Below are positions 14,088 to 26,157 of a stretch of DNA of 64,000 nucleotides, piece by piece. Made by a program: the position numbers and the translations under genes. The stretch is from Dictyostelium discoideum. Lineage: Eukaryota. The notes under the pieces are model-generated. The model had not been told where the DNA came from. It ran no database searches and worked only from the letters and a program-made list of their open reading frames with translations. How positions within the stretch are numbered: the stretch's first letter is position 1; every line of letters starts with the position of its first letter. The stretch is taken from positions 1,024,001 to 1,088,000 of the forward strand of contig CM000152.2 in the NCBI GenBank assembly GCA_000004695.1, given 5' to 3'.

Positions 14088-14630
14088 TTAATAAACTATT
14101 TTAAGGATTGGGAGGTTTGGAACAAATGCACCTTCAATAATGAAACCAAATGTATAAGTTGAATGAGCATTAATTGATTGTTGAATTGGTGGTAATGCTA
14201 AAATTCCATTTGGAATACGGACCATGTTCCAAAGAGATGTATCAGAGTTATCACGTAATCTGAATGAGCTGTCAGTACCAATGTTAATTTGTTTGATATT
14301 GTTATTTCCATTATTAACAATTGTAACATCATATTGAGAATAAGTTCTACCACCACGTGATCCATCTTGCCATACACCAATTTGTTTGATAATTAAGTAA
14401 ACTTGATTGGCATTATTTAATTGAACAATTGGTTGACATTGACAAATATCTCCTACCATGTGGCATGTTTCTCCTGATTTACAATTATCATTATATCCAC
14501 ATCTATATGGGTGGTGTGGGTAACGATACAATAATGATTCTGAAATTTCAGATTCTTGAATATTGGCTGATGTCAATGAAATTGATAATAAAATACCTAA
14601 AATTAAAGTTAAAAAAAATATAGTTTTCAT
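14088..14630 (-). CDS. Secreted CBM49-like carbohydrate(cellulose)-binding domain protein with an N-terminal Cys-rich segment, single exon
   Basis: Signal peptide MKTIFFLTLILGILLSISLTSA. The motifs YSQYDVTIVNNGNNNIKQINIG ... LWNMVRIPNGILALPP ... STYTFGFIIEG follow the CBM49 pattern (Y-x-Q-Y-D-V-T-I-x-N ... W-N ... TLP ... FGYI). Confidence 0.65.
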   Translation of the reverse strand: MKTIFFLTLILGILLSISLTSANIQESEISESLLYRYPHHPYRCGYNDNCKSGETCHMVGDICQCQPIVQLNNANQVYLIIKQIGVWQDGSRGGRTYSQYDVTIVNNGNNNIKQINIGTDSSFRLRDNSDTSLWNMVRIPNGILALPPIQQSINAHSTYTFGFIIEGAFVPNLPILKIVY

Positions 14631-14770
14631 TTTTTTTTTTTTGTTTTTTTAATCTTTTTGTTTTTGTTTCTGGAAAAAATAAAAAAAAAATATTGGATAT
14701 TTATAGTTTTTTTTTTTTTTTTTTTTATACTTACTTTATTTAATTTATAATTATATTTTTATATATAATA

Positions 14771-14804
<34 letters not shown>

Positions 14805-15560
14805 ATTATTATTATTATTATTTATTACTTATTTGGTATAATAGATTTATTTTAAAATTAAATTCATATGATCTATCATTCAATTGGTAGTTTTAAAAAA
14901 AAAAAAAAAAACAATATTTGGTAATTTAAGACTTTTTTTTAAAAATTGGAAAGTAGGGGTCCTAAAATACAATAAAATTATTGGTTTTTTTTTTTTTTTT
15001 TTTTCGTTATTAAATTATTTAGGAAATTAAAAAACTAATATTAAATAAAATTACAAGGGTCTTATGACTTTGAAATGTCATTTATTATATTAATAAATTC
15101 TAATAAAAACGTACCAAAATTAATTTTTTTTATTTAGAAAAAGTGTGGTTATAAATACTTCAATTATTATTTTTATTTTTATTTTTTATTTTGGCCTAAT
15201 AGATTTAAAAGCTTTTTTATTTTTTTGGGGATGAATTAGAAATATCTATAACTGACAAGTTAAACTAACCCAAATTTTTTTAACTTTCCAAAAGAGAAGT
15301 GAAAATATTTTCACACCCCAAACAACTTTTTCTTTGGAAATTAATATTTGGGTTTGAAAAAAAAAAAAAGAAAATTTTGGATATTTATTATTTGAAAAAG
15401 AAAAAGAATAATTTAAATATTTATTCAAAAAAAATCAATTTTTCAAAAAAAAAAAAAAACCTTATTGGTTAGATGTTAAAAAAAAATACAATTTTTTTTT
15501 TTTTTCAATTTAAAATTTTTTATTGTTTAAATTAAAAAAGCTTGAAAAAGAACAAGATGT

Positions 15561-16650
15561 TTAAAGACGAGCTTTGTATGAAGCTTTGATGGAAGCAACA
15601 CGAGCTTTCTTTTGTTTGAGGGTTCTCTTGCTGAGGTTCTTGGATTTGATATCTTTGTATGATTTGGTTGATTTGGCAGCTGGGGCTGGGTTGGCTCTGA
15701 TGGCTTTGTGAGCGTTGGCATAGATGGTTTCGATATCTTTTGGAGCAACACCGTTTTTGATGTATTGAGAGAAGATCTTTTTGTAGGCATCTTCGTCTTC
15801 AGTTTGTAATAAGGTCATGTAAGAGGCAACGTGTTTACCAAAGATGTAACCACGGAGAGTTTCAGCGTTTAATTTCTTGCTTTCAGCGTTGTAACCAGCG
15901 AAACGGGTTTCACCGTGTGGGACGTAGATACCACCGTCGACAGCACCTTTGAGGACAGCAAAGACTTTAGCACCAGTTGAGGTACGAGCGAGACCAACAT
16001 CGAGATTAGCTTTGAATGGTCTTGGTTTGTCGTCGACTGGTTTGACGAGGAAAACTTTACCGTCAACTTTTTCAGCACCTTTGTAGAGATCGGCTAATTT
16101 TAATTTGGCTAATAATCTACGAGCTAATAAGAGACCGGTAGCATAACATGAAGCATAGTTGGTGAGACCAACTTTGACACCGAATCTTGGTAATTCGTGA
16201 GCGTAAGCTGCACATAAGACGAAATCACCGACAATCTTAGAGTAGACAACTTGAGCAATAACATCAGTGTTGGTGATACGAGCAACAAGTCTGTATTTTG
16301 GTGAGTTGTACTTGTTCTTATCTTGAGTGATTAATCTGTGTCTTTGTTGATAATCAGTTTTACCTTCACGTCTTCTACGGAATTGGACTTGATATCTGCT
16401 GTAGTAAGCTTTAGTTTTAACGACTTTGACGAAACCCTTTTTTTAAAAAAAAAAAAAAAATATATTAATATTATTTTCATTTGTGTGTGTGGTGTGATTT
16501 ATTAATCAATCAAATTATTATTTTTTTTTTTTTATTTATTTATTTTATTTTATTTTATTTTATTTTATTTTATTTTATTCATTTTTTTTTTTTTTCAAGA
16601 CAAAAATAATTATTTGATTGATCAAAATTTTTTTATAACTTTCGTACCAT
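15561..16650 (-). CDS. rpl5: 60S ribosomal protein L5, 2 exons (16648..16650 ATG only; 15561..16436)
   Basis: Exon 2 reads [43 protein letters not shown]...[34 protein letters not shown]...[17 protein letters not shown]...[14 protein letters not shown]. The start codon ATG at 16650..16648 is followed immediately by donor GTACGA and an intron of about 210 bp ending AAAAAG; the spliced N terminus is MGFVKVVK, as in L5. 292 aa. Confidence 0.85.
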
Positions 16651-17011
16651 TTTGTATATGTATGTGTGCTGAGATTAACTGAAATAAAAAAAAAAATTTT
16701 TTTTTTTTTATGCTGTCAAAAAAAAAAAAAAAAAAAAAAAATTTAAAAAAAAAAAATTTAAAAAAAAAGAAAAAAAAAAAACCGAGTCTGATGAAAATAA
16801 ATGCCCGTGTGTCTTGATTTTTTTTTTTTTTTTTTTTTTTTTGAACTTTTTTATTTTAATTTATTTTAATTTCTGGAAAATTTTTTTACTATTTTCCCAT
16901 TTTTTACCAATCTAATTAAAGAATTAATTTTGTTTATTTTTTGATATATTTTTTTTTATATATTTTTTTTTAAATAATTTATTTTTTATTTTAATTTTTA
17001 TTTTTTTTATT

Positions 17012-18497
17012 TTAATTAGTTTTTTTTGTTGGTCTTGGAGTTGATCTTGGAGTTGGAAGAACAAATCTTAATAAAATAAAAGTAACGAATAAGATGATGA
17101 TTGGAATATAAGAAAAAGTATTCCAAAGATGAATTGAACGTTCAATATTTAAAAAGATGAAAGAAGCACCAAAGAAGGATAACCACCAAACACAACAAAT
17201 TGAACCAACGATATCGTAAACTGTTTTCAATGGAGTTTGGATTGCAACGTCACCATTTTGTTTGACGAAATATGGACGAATCTTACGACGCATATCTTTG
17301 GCAACCTCTGTGAGTAATGTACAGGCGACAAAGAAAATGTAATAACCTGGATAGAAACCATGCCAGAATGCAGAGATGGTATAGGTTGCAAGTGTTGCGA
17401 AAAAGGTTGGTTTGGCACCTGCTGGTGTTAAACGAAGGTAAACGTATCTCTTTAACCAATCGCTAGTACCAATATTCCAATTGTTTGAAACGTCTCTTAC
17501 ATTACTTGCCAACTCAACACTTAATGGATAAACATTGGTAATACGATCCCATTTCATTGTTACACCATCCTTTTCAAATCCATTAAATCCAATACCTGAT
17601 AATACTGCACTACCTTCTGACATATACCATCCGAAATAATATCTAAATCTTGATAATACTACAAAAATATGAAGTTTAATTAACCTTTTTTTTAAAAAAT
17701 AAAAATTAGTATTATAATTTATTATTATTATTATTTTTTTATTTTTTTTTTTTTACTTACTTATATAAAAGTGGTTCATATCTAAATTCATTAGTTGATA
17801 AATAGACAACTGGATATTGACCTGATAAAACTACGAATGGGAACATTAAGAGACCAAGACCTAAAGTTTTGAGAGCAGGTAAGAGGGATGATGGAGCTTT
17901 GCCATTTAATTGTCCAACTTGGAACATTTTACCAGAGGTATAATTGAGATAATCGGTGATTTCCAAGGTTGGACCAGCTAAAAAGGTTGGGAAAAAATAG
18001 ACGAAACCAAAGAATTCCAAGAGGGTTGGTAATTTCTTGATTGATCTTCTTTTTTGATCATCGGATAATTCATTATCTGCTTTTGAACCGTCATGTAAGT
18101 TCCAAGCAAAACTTGTCAACTTTAATGTGAGGATCATTTGTGGACCGGTGAAATCTAATGTCCAACCCATGTAATCTGTGTAGATACGATAGATGTGTGA
18201 GATTGATAAATAACCTAAACAAAATGCAAATACGATCAATTGGGGTTTGTAACGATTTGGAATAACCATTAATAATCCATAGGAAATTAATGAACTGATG
18301 AATGAATGTAACCAACTCCATTCTCCTAATGACCATGTACAATAGAAAACACCTAAACAAATGTTCATTATATGTTTGAGATTAGCATTTGGTAATTTCT
18401 TTAATATTGCTGCAAATGGGTATGACAATAATAAACAAATTACTGTTTTAACTTGATCCACAGGAAATCCTGTAGCTTCTAAATAAGAATCTATCAT
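17012..18497 (-). CDS. MBOAT-family lysophospholipid acyltransferase, 2 exons (17761..18497, 17012..17648)
   Basis: Multi-TM protein with the MBOAT signature ..TISAFWHGFYPGYYIFF... Donor GTAAGT at 17760 and acceptor ATCAAG at 17649 give a phase-2 junction (..EPLLYK|FRYYFGWYMSEG..). About 457 aa. Confidence 0.7.
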
Positions 18498-18565
18498 TTT
18501 ATTATTTTTATTATTATTATTTTATTACTATTTTTCCTATATCCCCTTTTAAAACGATAAATTTT

Positions 18566-18613
<48 letters not shown>

Positions 18614-19258
18614 AATTTAATTTTAAAAAATAAAAAATAATAAAAAAAAAAAAAATTAAAAAAAATAAAAATTAAATTAATATTTTAAAAAAATTAAAAA
18701 AAAAAACTTAAAAGGTTTGTGATCAAAATTGTTGATAATATCTTGTTTTATCGTCTTTTTATAATTTAAGATTCTAATTTCATTTTATATTTATTGTTTT
18801 CCTTTAAAGAGTTACAAAAAAAAAAAAAAAATAAAAAAAAAAGTCAACATCACAAAACATATGAAAATAAGAGTTATTGAAAAAAAAAAAATAAAAAAAA
18901 AAATAAAAACAAAATAAAATAAATAAATAAATAAAATAATAAAAATAATAGAAATAAATAAATAATAAAATTTTAAAATTGGAAATTTTTTTTTTAAAAA
19001 AAGTCTTTTATTTTAAAATAATCTGTTTACTGTTTTGGATCATGGCCAGTCATCACCATAAAATTTTTTTTTTAATTTAATTTTTTAATTTTTTTTTTTT
19101 AATTTCATTTTTTTTTTTTATTTTTATTTTTATTTTTTTTTTTTTTTTATGACTTGAAATAATTATTTTTTTTATTATTTATTTATTTATTTTATAACAA
19201 ACAAACGAAGAAAAAAAAAAAAATATATAGAAATAATAAAATATAAATAAAATAAAAA

Positions 19259-20326
19259 ATGAAAGATAGCGCAATATTAAATCAATTAAAAGTTGTTTTA
19301 CCACCACATATAATGGAAATAATATACTTTAGATATAATCAAATTGATACATATTTAAAACCATATAATTTACCAATTAAAACAGATGTTTTACTATTGG
19401 CTTTATTTACATTAATTTTTATCATTATAATTTCAAAGTGTAATTATAAATTATATATATATATATATAAATCATTTTCAACCTTTTTATTTAATTTTTT
19501 TTTTCATTTTTATTAATTAAAAATCCTATTATACATTTATATTTTTAATAAAAAATACTAGTATTTGGAAGTAGTGGTAATAAAACTAGAAGTGTTGGAG
19601 GTAGAACAAGTAATGATAAAAAAGTTAAGAGAGGAGTTAATATAGCTATATTAGGACTTTCAAATGCAGGTAAAACAGCATTACTTTTAAATTTAACAAA
19701 TGTTGATAAGAAAATTTCAACACACACAAGTATAACAACAAACAATGGTGTATATATCACTGAAAATAAAAAGAAATTACCAATTATCGATGTACCAGGT
19801 AATGGAAAGGCAAAAGCATCATTACCAAAAATTCTTTCAAATTCTGCTTGTATTATTTATGTAATTGATGGTACAACTTTTATTGATAACTCAACCCAGG
19901 AAGCTCAGTATGTAGTAATTTATTTTTATTTAATTTTAACTAAATTATTAATTAATTATTTTAATTATTTATTTATTTAGGTATTTATATGATATTTTAA
20001 CAAATGAATCAGTTTATCAAAAGAAGATACCAGTTTTAGTATTTAATAATAAAATGGATTTAGATTCAACAATTGATACAGAACAAGTTAAAAATATTTT
20101 AGAGAGAGAATTGGATGATTTAAGAAGAACTCGTGGTGCAACACCAATAGTTTTAGGTCAAGAGGAGGATAAAAAAGATATTTATTTGGGTATTGAAGGT
20201 ACACCATTCCAATTTGATCACCTCCCAAATGACGTTCAATTCTCTAATGGTTCCGCTTCACCTTCAAATGGTGAATTAAAAGAGATTGATGATATTAAAA
20301 ATTTCATTCAAACTACAACTCTTTAA
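19259..20326 (+). CDS. Signal recognition particle receptor beta subunit (SR-beta, Arf-like GTPase with N-terminal TM anchor), 3 exons (19259..19439, 19562..19907, 19981..20326)
   Basis: N-terminal TM LALFTLIFIIIIS, G1 motif ILGLSNAGKTALL, DVPG, and NKMD. Donors are GTAATT at 19440 and GTATGT at 19908; acceptors CTAG at 19561 and TTTAG at 19980, with phases consistent. About 290 aa. Confidence 0.7.
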
Positions 20327-20639
20327 TAACCTTTTGGAAAAAAAAAAAAAAAAAAAAAAAATAATAAAAATAAAAATAAAAATAGATTTTTTTTATTACA
20401 TTTTAAATTAGATTCTTCATATTGGCCAATAAATTCATTTTCATTTTCAGTTAGATTATTAAATATTAGATGACACAATTTTATTTGAATTGAAAATTCA
20501 GTTTGTAAATCATTGTGAATCAAATTAATCCAAATGATTTTGTTTTTTTCACTTAATTTAACACACCACCAATAATCTATTTAATATCATTTTTTTTCAA
20601 TTTTTAATGTTGGTAATTTACATTTAAATGATAATGGTA

Positions 20640-21200
20640 ATGGTGATGCAATTTTAATTTATTAAGGTACATGAGAGTGGGTTTATCATCATTAAATATT
20701 TTAAAATTGAAAGATATTAAATCATATATTTTCCCTACAGTTGGAGTCCAAAAGAGAAAGAGGAATATCTTATGAAAATACATATGGTAATTTTATCACC
20801 AGAATTTAATTAAGTAGAAATAGAATTTTTTTTTAAGAAATTGAATTGAGGTTAGCAGAATTGCATTTCAATCAAAAAGGGAGCAGATTTAAAAAAATAC
20901 ATTACTGTTTGACTTAATGGATTATAATATTATAAATGTATAGAAAAATGTCGTAGAATTTAAGATCAAGTGATTGTAAATTTTAATGAATACTCTCATT
21001 TTAAATATAACTGTGGTTACTTTAATGTTATACTATTTTCAATAAAAAAACGAAAACTATCTCAAAGTATCTCTGAGTTAACAAAAGGTATTTGGTGAAC
21101 CAATAATTTTCTAATAATCGAACTATCCAAACTTAATATTGGCTTTGAGATGACTTTAAAGCTTAATCAAAAAAAGATTTTATGTAATAAAAAAATTAAA
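20640..21200. mobile_element. Complex (non-AT-biased) non-coding island ending about 40-50 bp upstream of the tRNA-Asn gene; candidate remnant of a tRNA-gene-targeted retroelement (TRE5-type position)
   Basis: Composition is clearly different from the surrounding poly(A/T) intergenic DNA, with no ORF of 60 aa or more. It sits at the canonical distance upstream of a tRNA gene where TRE5 elements integrate in this genome. The sequence itself is not recognised from memory. Confidence 0.25.
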
Positions 21201-21239
21201 AAACGGTTTGGAGCAAAAAAACGAAATTTCATCAAAAAT

Positions 21240-21312
21240 GCCTGGATGGCTCAGTAGGCAGAGCGAGCGGCTGTTAACCGCTAGGTCCATGGTTCGATCC
21301 CATGTCTAGGCG
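21240..21312 (+). tRNA. tRNA-Asn (anticodon GTT)
   Basis: 73-nt cloverleaf. Acceptor stem GCCTGGA/TCTAGGC (one G-U pair), D stem GCTC/GAGC with an 8-nt loop, anticodon stem AGCGG/CCGCT, loop CTGTTAA (anticodon GTT at positions 34-36). T arm CATGG-TTCGATC-CCATG carries the B-box consensus GGTTCGATCC. Discriminator G, no intron. Confidence 0.85.
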
Positions 21313-21334
21313 ATAATTTTTCAATCACCAAAAT

Positions 21335-21360
21335 CTAGGCCAATGGTTCGAATCTCTTTT
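21335..21360 (+). promoter_or_regulatory. External B box (ex-B box, extra Pol III TFIIIC-binding element) downstream of tRNA-Asn
   Basis: CTAGGCCAATGGTTCGAATCTC lies about 25-45 bp 3' of the tRNA and duplicates the T-arm/B-box GGTTCGAATC. Ex-B boxes downstream of tRNA genes are a known feature of this genome. Confidence 0.55.
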
Positions 21361-21995
21361 AAATATTTTTTTCACTTATTGAGGGGTTATACGAGCACTA
21401 TAAACATGTTAAATGACCCATACCACAATTTATTTTTCTACCAAGACAAAATCTTTAAACACTACCAAACTTAAAGAATTCATCTTCAAATCAGCTAGTT
21501 ACAAGAAAGAACAGCTATAAATAATAAAACAAAATATTATAAAACAATTAACCCTCCAATATGAAAAAAGATCACCTATTAAACATACAATACAAGTAAA
21601 ATTCCCCAATGGTGTTATAGGCAATAAACTAAGACCTCACAATACCATTTAGTACAGAAATATATCGCTCTAATATTACACCAAGTATGGATATGGATTT
21701 GTAATAAAATCTACATTGATGATAAAATTCCAAAGAAACATTAGATTATGATAATATTCTCAAGAAATGGCATAAATTTACAACTTTGAATTGCATTAAC
21801 TATCATCAATTAAAAACTCACTCTTAATTTGTAATATAACTAATTAATACAAAAAAAAAAATTTAAGATATTAAAATTTACATTACCAAAGATTACTGTA
21901 TAACAAGATCGGCCTCACCAAATAGAATAATTGTAGATCAATTATCTAAATCTTTAATACCTTTAAAATAATTCCACAAAATAAAAAAAAAAAAA
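21360..21995. mobile_element. Complex non-coding island downstream of tRNA-Asn ending in an oligo(A) tract; candidate 5'-truncated TRE3-type (tRNA-downstream-targeting) non-LTR retroelement remnant
   Basis: About 640 bp of mixed-composition sequence with no ORF, starting about 50 bp 3' of the tRNA/ex-B box and ending in A20 at 21975-21995. Both position and 3' oligo(A) fit TRE3 integration behaviour. Identity is not confirmed. Confidence 0.3.
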
Positions 21996-22058
21996 AAAAA
22001 AATAATTATTAAAATCTCAACAAACATTTATTATTGACAAATCCTTTTAGGTTGGGAG

Positions 22059-22095
<37 letters not shown>

Positions 22096-22297
22096 ACACT
22101 ACTTTATTATTTCTGGATTTGTGTGAATAATAAATAGCCATTTTAAAAAAGTTACAAAATTAATTATTTTAAAAAAAAAAAAATCTGTAATACTATTTGT
22201 ACAATTTTATAAATTTTTTATTTTTTATTATTATTATGTGAATAATTTTTTTTTTAAATTCTAAATATTATTTACTTTTTTTTTTTTATTATTATTA

Positions 22298-25200
22298 TTA
22301 TAATGGACAATCATTATTTTCTTGAAGTTTTTCAAATTGTTGAGGATTATTTAAATTTTGTTGTTGCTCTTGATCAAAACACATTAACATTGAAATAAAG
22401 GTTAAAATCATTTTAGGTTTAACTTCAACGAGATCTTCCCAAACTACAAATATACAACAACCTATCTTTCTAGCAACATTAATGATGTATTGAGCATTTA
22501 ATTTCTTTTCTTCAAAAGTTTCACCTTTGGTAATGATAGAATAGTTTACAACACTTTGAATTGAATCTAATAGATCAATCAAAAAGATACCATTACCAAT
22601 GGATTGATCTTTGAAACCAGTGATACAAGTTGATTTACCATGTTTTAAAACCTTTTTATTTGCCCATTGAATAATTTCACCTTCATTAAAGAATGAAGAA
22701 GTTGAGGAGGTGGAGGAAGAACTTAGAGATAAATCACCACTTGAGGAATCCTTCAATAATGATAGACGTAAATTTGTCAATAAAGATAATAAATGATATT
22801 TACAAGCTTGCCAAATCAAAGCCAAAGTTAATTTACGATTACCATCATGAATATCTTTACCACCAATACCAACGAGAGAGAAACGTAATTGTTTTGCAAT
22901 GGATATCCCATAGTTGCAATTCTCCAATGCCATATATGCATTTGAAGGTGAAATATTAACCTCTTTCCAATTGACAGAGCCAGATTTAATTTTATCAAAC
23001 ATTTGTAAAATGACTAAACCATCTTGAAGATCCTGTTGTAAATTATTAACATAGGGTTTAATGTTCAAAGAGTTCATCCACATACAGAAAGCACGTTCTT
23101 CTCTTGTACCTTCAACATCTAAATTTACTTTTTCAACCAAAGCACGTTGTTCTTCGATTACTTTAGTCGAAGATTCCGAAGCTTTTATACCAATACCTTT
23201 CTCTGATTTGAAAATACTTGAAAGGAATAGATAAATTAATTTTTGATTTCTATTTTGAATTGATTCTAAATTTAACCATTGGAATATATTAAAAGTTTGT
23301 TTAGATTGTTCAATGATCCATTTGAATTCATCAGATTCTTTTGATTGTTGGTCCACTGATGATTGTTGTAATAGAGCTGTACCACCATTTGCTGCCAAAT
23401 CTTTCTCTAGCGATATGAATAGTTTAATTAAATTCGAAGGTGACGAAGCCAATTGATCCAATGATAGTTTTGTTTTATCTAAAGCTAAATGATAAATGAA
23501 CCAACGTAACAATAGTTTATTAGTTGATTGAACGATGAAATGTTTCATATCTTCATGAGTTTCTTTTAAAACCAATAGAGTTGGATAAGTGTTTATATTG
23601 ATTGAAGATGTTATTTGAACTTTAACCAATTCATATAATAGATTAACCATTTCTTTTGGATCAGATTTTAGAGTTGTAGGTGAGATAGTTGATGGTATAA
23701 CACAACCGATTGCCTTTGCAGAATTGAAAACCAAATTTAAATTTTGATCGATTTCAATGTTACTAGTTGGTTCAATGTTTAAAACTCTTTCATCGATTGT
23801 ACCATCACGTGCAAAATTAACCAATTTACAAAGTAATACACCATCATAGAATGAATGAATGATATGTTTAGTTGAATCTATTGGGAAAACATGTTTAATA
23901 TGTTTATCTACCAAGAGTTGTTCAATCGTATTGACATAGTTAATCAATGGTTCTTCCTCTTCAATATAATAATCTTTTGATTGAGTTGGTTTAACTACTC
24001 TATTGATTTGTTCTTGAATTTGTCTCTTTTTCTCTTGTTCCAATTCCTCTTGTTTCTTTGCATCCATTTGCATTGATAGCTCTCTCTTTAATACTTGATG
24101 TTTTCTAGTTTTCTCTTCAACTTTAACTTGTAATGCTTGATTTTCACTCTTTAATTGAGTTAATTCAATTTGAATAGAATCAAATTCCTCTTTTTTATCT
24201 AATAACTCTACAATTAATAATTCAGATTTCTCTTTATCTTGTTGATGTTGTGTAGTTAACTCTTGAATTTGTAATTTCAATTGTTCAATAATTTGTTCAA
24301 ATTCAATAGTTTGTAATAATAATCTTTTAATCTCTAAACATTTCTCTTTATAATTTTCACCCATTCTATTAAATTTCAATTGATAACACTCTAATGAATT
24401 ATTAAATGAATCTAATAAATCATTGAATCTATCATTTAAACCATTTGAAAGTAATAATAAATTTGAATCACATTTACTATGAATATCAGTGATTGTTGAA
24501 AATTTCAATTGTAATTCTACTAAACTATCATTTAATTGATCAGTTTGAATTTGTTTATCTTGTAATAATTTATCTTTTTCTTGTAATAATTGTAATCTTT
24601 GTTGTGATTCTAATTCTAATTGATTAAATTGTGACATTAACTTTTCCAGTTCTTTATTTAATTGATCTTGAGTTAATTTAGAATTTGAAAGATCAAAACG
24701 AATAGTTTCAATCTCTTTTTTCAATTGAATTATGATTTGATCTTTTTCAACAATTGAACTTTCAAATTGTTCAACTTTATTAATTGAAGAAGATTCCAAT
24801 GATCTAATGATTGATAATTTCTCTTCGATTGAATCTAATTTCTCTTTGATGATTTTATCTTTATCGTTTGTAACCGATTGAAGCTCATTAATTGAAGTGG
24901 TTTGATTAGTAATGATCTCAACTTTCTCTTGAATAGTTTGGTCACGATCTTTAATCAATTGTTGTTTCTCTTTAATTAGGTCATCTTTTTCTCTAATCAA
25001 TTGATCTTTAGTGGAGGATGTATTCTCCAACTCTATGATATCATTGGATTGACGTTGAATCAATTCCGATTTCTCTTTTATCAATTGATCCTTTTCGATT
25101 ATCGATGATTCAAACTCTAATATCAATTGATCCTTTTCATGTAACTGCTTAGTTTTAACTTTAATTTCTAAATCTTTTTCAATTAATTGATTCTCTTTAA

Positions 25201-26117
25201 CCTCTAATAACTCTTGAATGGAATGAATTGATTCAACATGTTTACCAATGACAAAATCTTTCTCATTAATTGATTGTTGAATAGACTCAATGATTTTATC
25301 TTTTTCATTTGATTTAAATTCACCAACCAATACCAATTGGTCCAACTCTTCAATACGTGTTAAATATTCTTTAATTAACTCTAATCTATCTGATAATAAT
25401 GTTTCCAAATCAACGATTTTAACTTGAAATTCAGATTTAATTTCAAAGATTTCTTTATCCTTATCTTGAATACTCTTTTGTTGTTGAATTGAAAATGATT
25501 GTAACTGTTTCTCCATCTCTTCTTTAATTAATTTAATCTCTTCTTCATGTTTTTGTTGTTTAATTTCTTGATTTTCAAATATATTTGATTGTCTTAATTC
25601 ATCTGCTAAACTACCAATAATTGTACAATTATCATTTGTATTATTATTATTACTATTGTTATTGGTAGTAGTATTATCACTACCATTACCGCCATTAATT
25701 AATTGTTGTTGTAATTGTATATTCTCTAATTGTAATTGATCGATTTGATCCTGTAATATTCTATTATGAGATTGAATTGATGAGAAATTATCTTGAAATT
25801 CTTGATTTAATTTATTCAATTCTTTAATTTTCATTAAAAGTTTCTTCTTTTCTTCTTCTTCTTCACCACTCAATTCTTTAAATCTTTTATTTGAATCATA
25901 TTTTGTATATTTATTAATTGAAATTATACAAATTAACATATATAATGCTGATTTTGAATCACTATTTGTATTAATTGATTCAAATGAATCATTTAAACCT
26001 GATAAAATTGAATTATTATTATTATTATTACCGCTAAAATTTGATTCTTTATTCAATTTTTCTAATAAATATTTTTTGAATTATTCTTATTATTATTAAT
26101 ATTATTATTATTATAAA

Positions 26118-26157
<40 letters not shown>

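Noticed and set aside
26056-26064. Interpretation of 22298..26056 and 26062..28275 as two separate genes 6 nt apart
   Set aside because: The M of the downstream ORF is really a TTG that the track rendered as M. The frames overlap and an in-phase GT..AG pair joins them; one gene (or a frameshifted gene) is far more plausible.
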